NCBI GenBank assembly: GCA_910578305.1
Contig: CAJTQH010000005.1
Location: forward strand, 1 to 57,074
DNA from: an uncultured Muribaculaceae bacterium
Lineage (GTDB): Bacteria > Bacteroidota > Bacteroidia > Bacteroidales > Muribaculaceae
Direction of reading: 5' to 3'
DNA: 57,074 nt
Both the position numbers and the translations under genes were made by a program. This document shows, one piece after another, positions 36,930-47,583 of the stretch. Position 1 is the stretch's first letter, and the number at the start of each line of letters is the position of its first letter. The notes beneath the pieces were generated by a model, which saw only the letters and a program-made list of their open reading frames with translations, had not been told where the DNA came from and searched no databases.

Positions 36930-39900
36930 TTATGCTTTACGGAGTTTCTTGCGTGAGCGTCGTACGCCGATATAAGCGAATATGCAGTAAAGTGCCGGAA
37001 CGAACAGGAGGGTAAGGATGGTGGAGAGTGTAAGACCTCCGATCACGGCAGTACCCATCGGACGCCACATCTCGGCTCCCTGTCCTGAGCCGATGGCCAT
37101 AGGTACCATACCCAATATGGTGGTGAGTGTAGTCATCACAACCGGGCGCAGACGCGATTTGCCGCCGAGGATCACGGCTTGACGTATGGATAGACCGCGT
37201 TCTCGGTTGAGAGTGATGTAGTCTATGAGTACGATACCGTTTTTCACTACGATACCGATGAGCATGATGGCTCCGATCATAGACATGACGTTGAGAGTGT
37301 GCCCTGACAGGTAGAGTATGATGAATACACCGGAGAATGCGAAAAGAAGAGATGTCATGATGATGCCGGGATAGGTGTATGACTCAAACTGTGCGGCCAT
37401 CACTATGTATACAAGAATAATGATGAGTGCTGCGAGTGTGAGTAGGTCGCGGAATGAATCCTGCTGATCCTCGACACTGCCGGCAAGCTGTATGTTGACG
37501 CCAACAGGTAGATCCAGTTTGTCGATCTCGGCCATGGACTGTTCTACTACCTGACTCATGGGTACGCCTTGAACGACTGTTGACACGGTTATGATTCGTT
37601 CGCGGTCTTTGCGCTCAATGGTAGGAGGAGTGAAGCGTTCTACCACCTTACCCACGTCCTTTACGCGTACTCCTTGTCCGGTAGCATTGTAGATCAGTAT
37701 ATTTTCAATGTCGGAGATAGCCGTACGGTGTTCGGGAGCATACATGACTTTGATGTCGTATTCTTCGCCGTCTTCACGGAATTGAGATGACAGGCTGCCG
37801 TTGATGCGGTTGCGCAGATATGTGGCGGCTGTCTGCAGATTGAGTCCGTAGATTGCGAGCTTCTCGCGGTCGAAGTCTACCTGATATTCCGGCTGATAGT
37901 CGGATCGTGAAATCATGATGTCGGCGGTTCCCTTTATGTTCTGAAGCACTCGTGTAAGACGTCTGGCCACCGAGTCGGTCTCGTCGAAGTTGTAGCCGTA
38001 GATTTCATATTCGATGGTGGATTGTCCGCCCATAGAGCCTCCACGGTTGCCGCCCACATTGACCTGTGCTTTCTGAAATTCGGGATAGTGCTTGAGGTCT
38101 TCGCGCATGAGTCCTGCAATCTCTATGATGCCGCGGTCACGGTCGCCGGGATTGGACAGACGTATATTCATTGACACGATGTGTGGGCCGTTGTCGCTCA
38201 GAGAGCCAAATACGTTGTCGCTCGAAGCCTGACCTGTGGTGTAGTTGAGCACTTGTATTTCAGGATATTTTTCGCGCCATTCTTTGGCAAGACGTGCAGT
38301 GGCTTCTTGCGAGATCTCCACACGTGTGCCTATTGGCATTTCCAGGTTCACACCGAGGCGGCCGTCATCGGCGGTGGGGAAGAATTCCGTGCCGACATGG
38401 CGGAGTAGCATGAGCGAGCCTATGAATATACCCATACACACGAGTATTGTTATGGTCTTATGCCCGACTACCTTGGTGAGCAGCCACGCATATCCGTTGT
38501 CGAATGCGTCAAGGCCTCTGTTGATGGGAGTGAACAGCAAGCGGTAGAGGCGACCATGTTTGGTATCGCGACGCAGTAGCTGCGAGCAGAGCATGGGTGT
38601 GAGTGAGAGGGCGCATACGGTAGAGATGATCATCATGATGGTAACCATCCATCCAAGCTGGCGGAACAATACGCCGGTCATGCCCGTAACAAGTGTGAGA
38701 GGGAAGAATACAGCGATAAGGGTGAGGGTTGATGCTATTACCGATATGGCCACCTCGTTAGTGCCATGTACGGCTGCCTGCTTGGGATCACTGCCTCGTT
38801 CTATATGTGTTGTGACATTTTCAAGTACCACAATTGCGTCGTCGACCACCATGCCGATCGAAATCGATAGAGCGGAGAGTGATACGATATTCAGCGAATT
38901 GCCGGTGACAGCAAGGTATATGAATGAAGCAATGAGCGAGATGGGGATTGTGATGACGATGATAAGAGTAGCGCGCCAGCGTCCAAGGAATGCGAATACG
39001 ACAATCACCACGAAGAGAAGCGCGTACATCACTGTTTCTACGAGCGAGTCGATGGTGTTACGGATATTGTCGGAGGTATCGACGATGATGCCGAGTTTCA
39101 CGTCGGAAGGCAGACGTTTCTGTAGATCTGGAAGCATCTTGAGCACCTTGTCGGATATCTCTACCGAGTTGGCTCCCGATTGCTTCTGGATTACTATCAT
39201 GGCTCCTTTCTCGCCGTCGTTGTAAGTCTGCTGAGCACGTTCTTCAAGCGAATCGTCGATTCGGGCCACATCTCGCAGATACACGTTGCGTCCGTCATGT
39301 GATCCAACTACAATGTCAGCCATCTGATCCGACGAAACAAACTCGCCTTGCACACGCAGAGCGTAGGTGTCGGAGCCTACGTCAAACGATCCGCCTGGGA
39401 TATTGCGGTTTTCAGCGGCAACGATCGATGATATGGTTTCGATGCTCAGTCCATAGGCTTCAAGTCTGTTGGGGTCGACATAGACATGTATCTCGCGTTT
39501 GGGTGCGCCGGAAATTGATACTGAACCGACACCCGAGATGCGGGCCAGAGGGTTGACCACTGCATCGTCGAGTATCTTGTACAGGCCCGGCATACTTTCG
39601 GTGGCCTGTACCGAAAGCATCACAATTGGGATCATGTCGGTGGAAAACTTGAATATGATTGGGTTCTCGGCATTGTCGGGCAGTGAGCTCTTTACCATGT
39701 CGAGTTTGTCGCGCACGTCGTTGGTGAGTACGTCGATGTCCTTTCCGTATTCGAATTCAAGTGTGATTACCGATATGTTTTCGCGTGATTTGGACGTGAT
39801 GTGCTTGAGGTCGTTGACAGCGTTAAGACTGTTTTCGAGCGGTCGGGTCACATTCTGCTCTATGTCTTGAGCGCTTGCGCCCTGATATGTGGTCATGACC

Positions 39901-40037
39901 ATGATGGTGTTGGTCTCCACGTCAGGGTAAAGGTCGATGGGCAGTGTGCTGAGAGAGAACATTCCGATTATGACCACTGCTACGAAACACAGAGTGGTCA
40001 TGATGGGGCGTTTTACAGCACTGGAATATATACTCAT
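36930..40037 (-). CDS. RND efflux permease (AcrB/CzcA superfamily)
   Basis: GMVVDDAIVVLEN, GIVVKNGIVLID, SRLRPVVMT. Confidence 0.97.
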   Translation of the reverse strand: MSIYSSAVKRPIMTTLCFVAVVIIGMFSLSTLPIDLYPDVETNTIMVMTTYQGASAQDIEQNVTRPLENSLNAVNDLKHITSKSRENISVITLEFEYGKDIDVLTNDVRDKLDMVKSSLPDNAENPIIFKFSTDMIPIVMLSVQATESMPGLYKILDDAVVNPLARISGVGSVSISGAPKREIHVYVDPNRLEAYGLSIETISSIVAAENRNIPGGSFDVGSDTYALRVQGEFVSSDQMADIVVGSHDGRNVYLRDVARIDDSLEERAQQTYNDGEKGAMIVIQKQSGANSVEISDKVLKMLPDLQKRLPSDVKLGIIVDTSDNIRNTIDSLVETVMYALLFVVIVVFAFLGRWRATLIIVITIPISLIASFIYLAVTGNSLNIVSLSALSISIGMVVDDAIVVLENVTTHIERGSDPKQAAVHGTNEVAISVIASTLTLIAVFFPLTLVTGMTGVLFRQLGWMVTIMMIISTVCALSLTPMLCSQLLRRDTKHGRLYRLLFTPINRGLDAFDNGYAWLLTKVVGHKTITILVCMGIFIGSLMLLRHVGTEFFPTADDGRLGVNLEMPIGTRVEISQEATARLAKEWREKYPEIQVLNYTTGQASSDNVFGSLSDNGPHIVSMNIRLSNPGDRDRGIIEIAGLMREDLKHYPEFQKAQVNVGGNRGGSMGGQSTIEYEIYGYNFDETDSVARRLTRVLQNIKGTADIMISRSDYQPEYQVDFDREKLAIYGLNLQTAATYLRNRINGSLSSQFREDGEEYDIKVMYAPEHRTAISDIENILIYNATGQGVRVKDVGKVVERFTPPTIERKDRERIITVSTVVQGVPMSQVVEQSMAEIDKLDLPVGVNIQLAGSVEDQQDSFRDLLTLAALIIILVYIVMAAQFESYTYPGIIMTSLLFAFSGVFIILYLSGHTLNVMSMIGAIMLIGIVVKNGIVLIDYITLNRERGLSIRQAVILGGKSRLRPVVMTTLTTILGMVPMAIGSGQGAEMWRPMGTAVIGGLTLSTILTLLFVPALYCIFAYIGVRRSRKKLRKA

Positions 40038-40064
40038 GGTGTGATGTAAGTGTTGCTTGAATGG

Positions 40065-41102
40065 TTATTTGTTGTTTTTTTCCACTATTGCTACGTGAGA
40101 GCCGTTGGTAAGTCTGGTCTGACCGGAGGTAACTACGTAGTCATCGGATTTTACGCCGCTTATTACCTCGTAGGTGTTGTCAATGCGCTGTCCGAGCTGA
40201 ACACGGTTATAGCTTACAGTGCTGTCGGTCGGATTAAATACATATATGTATTTATTGCCTGATCCCGATTGCTTTACGACTGCACGATCGGGCACTACAA
40301 CGTGCATGGCGGTACCGAAGTTGAGCGTTACACGTGCAAACATGCCGGGACGCACACGTTCGTCGGCATTGTCGATCGTAATTTCCACGGTAAATGTTCG
40401 GGTATCGGCATCGATGGTTGGGTGTATCAGATGCACAGTGCCGGTAAATTCTTCATCGCCATATACATCAAGACGTATAGAGGCTTTCATGCCGTTGTGG
40501 ACTTTGGTATATTCGCTTTCAGATACGTTTATAATCACTTTTACGGGACGTACCTGTTCGATGACGAGTATAGGTTGGCTGCCGGTCATGTCGCCCGGAT
40601 CATAATTGCGGGCGGTGACTACTCCGGATATAGGAGACAGAAGCACTGTGTTTTCAACCATATTGCTGTACTGTCGGCGCTGTGCGTCGAGCTCGGTGCG
40701 GAGCTGGTCGACCGATTGCTGGGTGCCGCCGCCGATTTCAAGCAACTTTACAGCGCGTTGATATTCACGCTCTGTATTGTCGAGGCGCACCTTGAGCTGA
40801 TCAATATTGACATCGTCGAGTATTGCCACCCGCTGTCCTTTGGCTACCTTGGAGCCTACGTCGACAAGGATATTTTTTATGCGGTTAGGGGTGGACGTAG
40901 TGATGTTGTTGGTTTTGAATGCCTGTACCGTGGCAGTGTACTCCATGATCTGCGGTACTTCCTGTGAGAATACCTGCATCACATCGACTTGAGGAAGCTC
41001 TTCCTGTTGAGGTGTGGCATTTCCGGTATTGGAGTCGGATTTCGAACAACCGCAGGTCAGGACGAGGCTAAGTGCGGCGGCTATGGATAATATCGGTTTC
41101 AT
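40065..41102 (-). CDS. RND periplasmic adaptor (membrane fusion protein)
   Basis: Lipoprotein signal; SPISGVV, RVRPGMFARV. Confidence 0.95.
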   Translation of the reverse strand: MKPILSIAAALSLVLTCGCSKSDSNTGNATPQQEELPQVDVMQVFSQEVPQIMEYTATVQAFKTNNITTSTPNRIKNILVDVGSKVAKGQRVAILDDVNIDQLKVRLDNTEREYQRAVKLLEIGGGTQQSVDQLRTELDAQRRQYSNMVENTVLLSPISGVVTARNYDPGDMTGSQPILVIEQVRPVKVIINVSESEYTKVHNGMKASIRLDVYGDEEFTGTVHLIHPTIDADTRTFTVEITIDNADERVRPGMFARVTLNFGTAMHVVVPDRAVVKQSGSGNKYIYVFNPTDSTVSYNRVQLGQRIDNTYEVISGVKSDDYVVTSGQTRLTNGSHVAIVEKNNK

Positions 41103-41162
41103 ATATGTTATATGTGGTTATGTGATAATCGGGTATGTTTATATAATGACGTGTATGAGGGC

Positions 41163-42544
41163 TCAATATTTTTCCAGATCAGCGTTTCCAAGAAGCAGCT
41201 CGAGGTCGCTTCCGGCTACAAGATAATTATAGATAGCCTGATAGTATGCCAGTCGCGATCGGGTAAGAGCGAGTTCGGAGTCGCGAAGATCGAGATACGA
41301 TGCGGCACCTATGCTGAAGCTCTGCTGCATGATGTCGTGGGCTTTCTCGGCTTGTCTTACACTTTCGCTACAAGATGATATCTGCTTCACATTCATATTG
41401 ATGTTGTCTATGGCCAACTCTGTCTGCATATTTATGGAGCGCACGAGATTGGTACGTTGCCAGTCCATTTCTTTTACTTGAATTTCTGCTTGCTTTATAC
41501 GTGAATAGCGTTGTCCGCCTTCAAACAAGGGAATGGAAAGTGTGAGTCCGACCATTGAGTATGGTGTCCAGCGGAAGTTTTTGACAGGAGATCCATTGCT
41601 CATCGAAGTCCAGTTGTAGTTGGCTGTCAGAGCCAGTGTAGGATACCATGCCATTTTTTGAACAGTAAGAGCATCGCGCAACTGCCGTGTCTGTTGCCTG
41701 ATATATTTCGATTGATAGACAATACATCGGCATACATTGTCTGTTCATAGTCAGCCAGTGTGGTAGTCGGACGGATATCAATGCCGGCGTCCATTCCCAT
41801 AAGGATGATGAGTTGTAACTTGGCCTGTTTTATGGCTATGGTGGCCTGTGTGAGTTCCGGTTCAACATTTTTCACTGCCACTTCGGTGCGTAGCACGTCA
41901 TACTGGGATGCTGCTCCGAGGCTGAACTGCTTGGCATAAAGGTCAGCGGTAAATTTTGCCATGTCGTAGCTCTCTTCGATGACTTTGTAGGAGTCTTCGG
42001 CCAGCAACAATGTATAATAGGCATTTTTGACGGCGTTAACCATTTCGATACGGCTCTGTCGGGCTTTTTCCACGCTTTGCAGTATCTGGCTGTCGGAAAG
42101 ATTGAGCGATTTCCATAGTTGTGGGGCTATAAGAGGCATCGACAGATTGAATCCCATGGAATAAGAGTTGTCGAGTCCCACTTTGATGCCGCCTCCGGCA
42201 TTTCCCGCAGACATGCTTGGTGATTCGTTCTCAGAAGAGTTATCGTCGCCATCCATTGATCCGAAACGATCCATGTTCATGTACATGGTTTGTTTTGCAA
42301 GTGTACGGTTGTAACTTGCTCCAAACGATATGTTGGGGAGCAATTGTCCGAGTGTTTCTTTTTTACTGTAATCCATGCGCTGAATCTCCATGTCTGCAAC
42401 GCGGATAGACGGATTTTCGCTAATAGCAATGGAAATGCAGGAGTCGAGCGACAGTGGCAATGATACGGATGTAGTGTCTGCGGCGTGTGTAGTCATCAAA
42501 ACATGACTTGTCACGGTCAGTGATAATAATATGCGTTTTAACAT
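41163..42544 (-). pseudogene. TolC family outer membrane efflux protein, frameshifted at ~41691
   Basis: TolC repeat 1 in the 41627-42544 frame, repeat 2 (WYPTLAL..LSIPLFEGG) in the 41163-41681 frame. Confidence 0.85.
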
Positions 42545-42683
42545 GCTGGTTATTGGATTTTTTGCAAATTTAGCTAATATTATGTCTTTAATAAAAATGG
42601 TGGCCGTTAAGAATAGTAAAAAAGAAAATCAGACTATTTAATTGGTCGAGTATAGAATATTTCATATCTTTGAAAGATAGTAA

Positions 42684-44273
42684 ATGGTTTTTATGATACG
42701 ATACGATAATATCATTAGGGAATCCACATTGGGTCTGATTGCCGTCGGCGCTTTGTCGCTGTCGGTACATGCTGCTGACACAAAGTCTGACGACAACCGT
42801 CCGAACATTCTGTTTATTCTGAGTGACGACCACACATCGCAGGCATGGGGCATATACGGCGGGATTTTGGCGGATTATGCCCATAATCCCAATATACGCA
42901 GACTTGCAGCCGAGGGCACTGTGCTCGACAATTGTTTCTGCACCAACTCGCTCTCGGCTCCGAGTAGAGCCAGCATGCTCACCGGAATGTATTCGCATGA
43001 AAACGGACTGTATACACTTGCCGACACGCTCGACACATCGCTGCCTACTTTTGCCACCGTGCTGCACGATGCCGGATATGCCACTGCTCTGATGGGTAAA
43101 TGGCATCTGAAATCGCAACCGCAGGGCTTTGACAAGTATTCGGTGTTTTATGATCAGGGCGAGTATCGTGATCCTACCATGATCGACAGTAGCGATCCGT
43201 GGCCAGGCGACCGTAATTTCGGAGAGCGCGTAAGAGGTTTTTCAACTGATATCGTGACCGACAGGGCCATTGAGTGGATTAAGGAGCAGAACGGATCGAA
43301 GCCGTTTCTGATGTGTTGCCATTTCAAAGCCACACATGAGCCATACGACTATCCGATACGCATGGCAGGGCTGTATGAAGGAGTGACTTTCCCGGAACCG
43401 CATAATCTGATGGACTTCGGCCCTGAAACCAATGGACGGTCTTTTAAGGGGCAGACGCTCGAAGAATTGTCGCGCAGATGGACTGAAGCGTCAAAGGATC
43501 CTGACAAATGGTGGTGTCGTTATCCCGGTCTGCCTTTTTCGGTCTATGGTTTGCATCCGGCTGTGGCTCGTCGACAGGCCTATCAGAAGCTGATAAAGGA
43601 TTATATGCGATGCGGTGCTACGATAGATGACAATATCGGACGATTGCTTGATACGCTCGACGATCTTGGTATAGCCGACAATACCATTGTTATCTATGTG
43701 TCGGATCAGGGATATTTTCTCGGTGAACATGGATTTTTCGATAAACGAATGTTTTATGAGGAGGCGGCGCGTATGCCGTTTGTGATACGCTATCCCGGAA
43801 AAATCAAGGCCGGAGCGAGAAATTCCGACTTGATACTCAATATTGATTTCGCACCGATGCTTTGTGAGTTTGCCGGGACGAAAATGCCTTCAGGACAAGG
43901 ACGTAGTTTTGTAGGTAATCTTCGTGGCGAAACACCTTCCGACTGGCGTAAGGAGTTCTATTACCGATATTGGACAACACACGTGGAGCGGCCGTCGCAC
44001 ATGGCTGTTCGCACCGATCGTTATAAACTGATATTTTATTACGGGGCACGACTCGGCATGACTGATTGCGAGGACATCACTTACACCCCGTCATGGGATC
44101 TTTATGATCTGAGCAAAGACCCTTATGAAGACCATAATGTGTATGGCGAAAAAGAATATGCCCCGGTTGTAAAAGATCTCAAGAAGACAATGCTCCGGCT
44201 TAGAAAAGAAGCGGGCGACACCGATATGGCATCGCCCGAAATGGAGAAGATTATGTCGGAATACTATTGGTGA
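42684..44273 (+). CDS. Ser-type sulfatase (S1 family)
   Basis: RPNILFILSDDH, SAPSRASMLTG (S-x-P-x-R), GKWHL, SDQG..GEHG..DKR. Confidence 0.95.
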   Translation: MVFMIRYDNIIRESTLGLIAVGALSLSVHAADTKSDDNRPNILFILSDDHTSQAWGIYGGILADYAHNPNIRRLAAEGTVLDNCFCTNSLSAPSRASMLTGMYSHENGLYTLADTLDTSLPTFATVLHDAGYATALMGKWHLKSQPQGFDKYSVFYDQGEYRDPTMIDSSDPWPGDRNFGERVRGFSTDIVTDRAIEWIKEQNGSKPFLMCCHFKATHEPYDYPIRMAGLYEGVTFPEPHNLMDFGPETNGRSFKGQTLEELSRRWTEASKDPDKWWCRYPGLPFSVYGLHPAVARRQAYQKLIKDYMRCGATIDDNIGRLLDTLDDLGIADNTIVIYVSDQGYFLGEHGFFDKRMFYEEAARMPFVIRYPGKIKAGARNSDLILNIDFAPMLCEFAGTKMPSGQGRSFVGNLRGETPSDWRKEFYYRYWTTHVERPSHMAVRTDRYKLIFYYGARLGMTDCEDITYTPSWDLYDLSKDPYEDHNVYGEKEYAPVVKDLKKTMLRLRKEAGDTDMASPEMEKIMSEYYW

Positions 44274-44285
44274 TCCACTTTAAAT

Positions 44286-45488
44286 TCAGTTTTCTACCTG
44301 AAAACCTGCATCGCGCAGAGCCTGTTTCACAGCATTGATGTGCTCGTGATTGCGTGTTTCCATTTCTATATGTAGTTTGCATCCGTTGATTTCTGTGTTG
44401 GATGAGTTGCGCTTGTGTTCTACCGCAAGAATGTTTGCGCCCATGTCTCCGATCACGCTGCATACCTTGGACAGTTGTCCCGGTTTGTCTGATAGTACAA
44501 TTGTTACAGTGCAGTCGCGGCCGTTTTTCACAAGACCTCGTGTGATGACACGGTTGAGAGATGTTACATCTATGTTGCCGCCTGACACTATACATACTAC
44601 TTTTTTTCCTTCTATCGGCACTTTGTTGAACATTGCAGCCGCTACCGATACGGCTCCGGCACCTTCGGCTACCAGTTTCTGCTGTTCGATGAGGGTGAGG
44701 ATGGCTGCAGCCACTTCGTCGTCAGTTACGGTCACTATCTCATCGACATATTTGCGACACATGTCAAATGTATTTATTCCGGGTTCTTTTACGGCAATGC
44801 CATCGGCTATAGTATTCACCGAATCGAGTCGTACTCGGTCGTCCTCTTTCATGGATTTTACCATCGATGGAGCGCCCTCGGCCTGAACACCGTAAACCTT
44901 CACATTGGGCTTGATGGTCTTGATAGTGAAAGCCACACCTGATATCAGACCGCCGCCACCGACCGGTACAATCACAGCGTCTACGTCCGGCATCTCTTCA
45001 ATGATTTCAAGTCCTATGGTTCCCTGTCCGGCTATTACAAGAGGGTCATCAAAAGGATGTACCAGAGTATAGCCGTGTTCTTTCTGAAGTTCGATGGCTT
45101 TACGGTAGGCATCGTCGTACACTCCCGGTACAAGACACACTTCTGCGCCGAGAGCCTTCGTCGCCTCTACTTTGGATATCGGGGCGCCTGCAGGGAGACA
45201 TATTATCGATTTGATACCATTATGTGTGGCACCGAGAGCCACACCCTGTGCATGGTTGCCTGCCGAGCATGCTATGACTCCGCGGGATTTCTCTTCCTCG
45301 CTTAGCTGGGATATTTTGTAATAAGCTCCGCGAAGTTTAAAAGAGCCGGTGTATTGCAGATTTTCCGGTTTCAGATATACCTGAGCGTCAGGATTTATTT
45401 TTGTCACTCCAATTAGTTTAGGGTGTCGTGCTACATTCTGTAGCACTTCTGCAGCCCGGTATACTTCGGCAATGTTTAGTTCAGACAT
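44286..45488 (-). CDS. ilvA: Threonine ammonia-lyase with ACT domain
   Basis: KPENLQYTGSFKLRGA, SAGNHAQG, SGGNID, DKPGQL; start at MSELNIAE. Confidence 0.95.
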   Translation of the reverse strand: MSELNIAEVYRAAEVLQNVARHPKLIGVTKINPDAQVYLKPENLQYTGSFKLRGAYYKISQLSEEEKSRGVIACSAGNHAQGVALGATHNGIKSIICLPAGAPISKVEATKALGAEVCLVPGVYDDAYRKAIELQKEHGYTLVHPFDDPLVIAGQGTIGLEIIEEMPDVDAVIVPVGGGGLISGVAFTIKTIKPNVKVYGVQAEGAPSMVKSMKEDDRVRLDSVNTIADGIAVKEPGINTFDMCRKYVDEIVTVTDDEVAAAILTLIEQQKLVAEGAGAVSVAAAMFNKVPIEGKKVVCIVSGGNIDVTSLNRVITRGLVKNGRDCTVTIVLSDKPGQLSKVCSVIGDMGANILAVEHKRNSSNTEINGCKLHIEMETRNHEHINAVKQALRDAGFQVEN

Positions 45489-45644
45489 AACGATTGGGGG
45501 TTGATAGGGTTTTATTGTGATGCAAAAGTAATGAATTTTCCTACCCGATATTCTCCTATTACAAATTATTTTTACATCACCCACAACGTCCATAAATAAA
45601 ATAATGCTATATTTGCGTAATTGTAACATATAGTTGTGACGGAA

Positions 45645-46778
45645 ATGAAGCAGAAATATGATTATCTGATTGTGGGTGCCGGGTTGTTCGGGGCCACGTT
45701 TGCCCGTCTTGCCACTGACCGTGGATACAGATGCATGGTCATTGATAAACGTGAACATGCCGGCGGTAATGTCTATTGCGAGGAGATAGAGGGAATAAAT
45801 GTGCATAAGTACGGAGCTCATATATTTCATACTTCCAATAGAGAGGTATGGGATTTCGTTAATGCTATTGTCCCTTTTAACCGTTACACCAATTCACCTG
45901 TGGCACAGGCACCGGATGGTCGTATTTACAATCTTCCATTCAATATGAATACGTTTTATTCCATGTGGGGAGTGAAAACTCCGGCAGAAGCCGAAGCAAA
46001 GCTCGCAGAGCAGCGGGAGGATGCATTGCAACGTATGGCTGCCGATGGTATAGAATCGCCAAGGAATCTGGAGGAACAGGCTATTGCGCTAATCGGGCGT
46101 GATATTTATGAGTTGCTGATTAAGGGATATACGGAAAAACAATGGGGGCGCAAGTGCTCGGAATTGCCGGCGTTTATCATACGCAGACTTCCTGTGCGAC
46201 TGGCGTTTGACAATAATTACTTCAACGATTGCTTTCAGGGAATACCTGAGGGTGGATACAATAAGCTGATAAGCGGATTGCTTGATGGAGCAGAGTTGAG
46301 ACTCGGATGCGATTTTTTCGCCGACAGAGAATATTACGAGTCCATAGCATCGAAGGTTGTGTTTACCGGTAAGATAGACGAGTATTTCGGATATAGATAC
46401 GGAAAACTTGAGTATCGTACAGTGAGATTTGAAACTGAAGTCATAGACGAACCCAATCATCAGGGGTGCGCTGTGGTCAATTATACCGATGCCGCTGTTC
46501 CTTATACACGTGTGATAGAGCATAAACATTTCGAATCGTTTGGTCCGGCGGTATATGAGAATCCGCATACCGTGATATCGCGTGAGTATTCAACGGAATG
46601 GTGTGACGGCATGGAGCCTTATTATCCGGTGAACGATGAACGCAATCAGACATTGTACGGACGATATAAGAAACTTGCAGAGGAGTGTGACGATGTGATA
46701 TTCGGTGGCCGGCTTGCTGAGTATAAATATTATGACATGGCACCTGTCATAGAAAAAGTATTTGAATTGTGGAAATAA
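45645..46778 (+). CDS. glf: UDP-galactopyranose mutase
   Basis: IVGAGLFG, HKYGAHIFHT, GYTEKQWG, GRLAEYKYYDM. Confidence 0.97.
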   Translation: MKQKYDYLIVGAGLFGATFARLATDRGYRCMVIDKREHAGGNVYCEEIEGINVHKYGAHIFHTSNREVWDFVNAIVPFNRYTNSPVAQAPDGRIYNLPFNMNTFYSMWGVKTPAEAEAKLAEQREDALQRMAADGIESPRNLEEQAIALIGRDIYELLIKGYTEKQWGRKCSELPAFIIRRLPVRLAFDNNYFNDCFQGIPEGGYNKLISGLLDGAELRLGCDFFADREYYESIASKVVFTGKIDEYFGYRYGKLEYRTVRFETEVIDEPNHQGCAVVNYTDAAVPYTRVIEHKHFESFGPAVYENPHTVISREYSTEWCDGMEPYYPVNDERNQTLYGRYKKLAEECDDVIFGGRLAEYKYYDMAPVIEKVFELWK

Positions 46779-47572
46779 AGATAGCAGTGGCCTATCACAA
46801 GGATTCGCCACGGATAGAGAGTGACGTTTATATGCCTTTGCATGTTGGTAAAGCATGCAATCCGGAGCTCGATCTACACATGCAGACTGATGCCGAGGGC
46901 GATAATATCTCGGCGGAAAATTACACATATTGTGAACTAACCGGCATATATTGGCTATGGAAAAATGTGAAAGCCGATGTAAAGGGTCTTGTGCATTACC
47001 GTAGGTTTTTCGGCGCTGACACTCCGGCAGGAACCCGATTGAAGAGGGGCTTTCATGCACTATTGCTTCATAGTCATACTCCGCGAGTGAAGTGTGGTCC
47101 GGAGATGCTGAGGGCTCAGGCCGACAAATTTGCCGATGAATTGCCAAAACTTATGTCGGAGTATGATGTGGTGGTTCCGCAACCATGCCTGTGCAGACCT
47201 GATGTGGCCACGGAATTTAACACTATCGGTAAGGAATATGTGGATCTGCTCTCTCGGAGTGTGGAGTATCTGTATGCCGATTATGCTGAAACGTTGCGGT
47301 CGATGCTAAAGAGTCATACGATGTATTATGCCAATATGTCGGTGATGAAGACTGAGATATTCGACGATTACTGTACATTTATGTTTTCGATACTTGAGAA
47401 TGTGAAACGTCGTCTGATTTCAGACAAGTACCTGATTGATCTCGGGTCTGAGAAGATGTTTTCACGCAAGCTCGGTTATCTTGGCGAACTGCTCACGAAT
47501 TTATACATATTGTACAATCAGCAGAACACGGGTCTGAAGGTGAAAACTAAACCCGTGTATATGCTGCAGTAG
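46769..47572 (+). CDS. DUF4422-domain glycosyltransferase-like protein
   Basis: GDNISAEN..YCELTGIYWLWKN, GLVHYRRFF, GYLGELL. Confidence 0.85.
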   Translation: MEIKIAVAYHKDSPRIESDVYMPLHVGKACNPELDLHMQTDAEGDNISAENYTYCELTGIYWLWKNVKADVKGLVHYRRFFGADTPAGTRLKRGFHALLLHSHTPRVKCGPEMLRAQADKFADELPKLMSEYDVVVPQPCLCRPDVATEFNTIGKEYVDLLSRSVEYLYADYAETLRSMLKSHTMYYANMSVMKTEIFDDYCTFMFSILENVKRRLISDKYLIDLGSEKMFSRKLGYLGELLTNLYILYNQQNTGLKVKTKPVYMLQ

Positions 47573-47583
47573 ATTATTTAAAA

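Noticed and set aside
45489..45830. 114-aa N-terminal extension of IlvA
   Set aside because: Overlaps glf antisense and crosses a TACTTTTG promoter element at 45523-45530; real start is 45488
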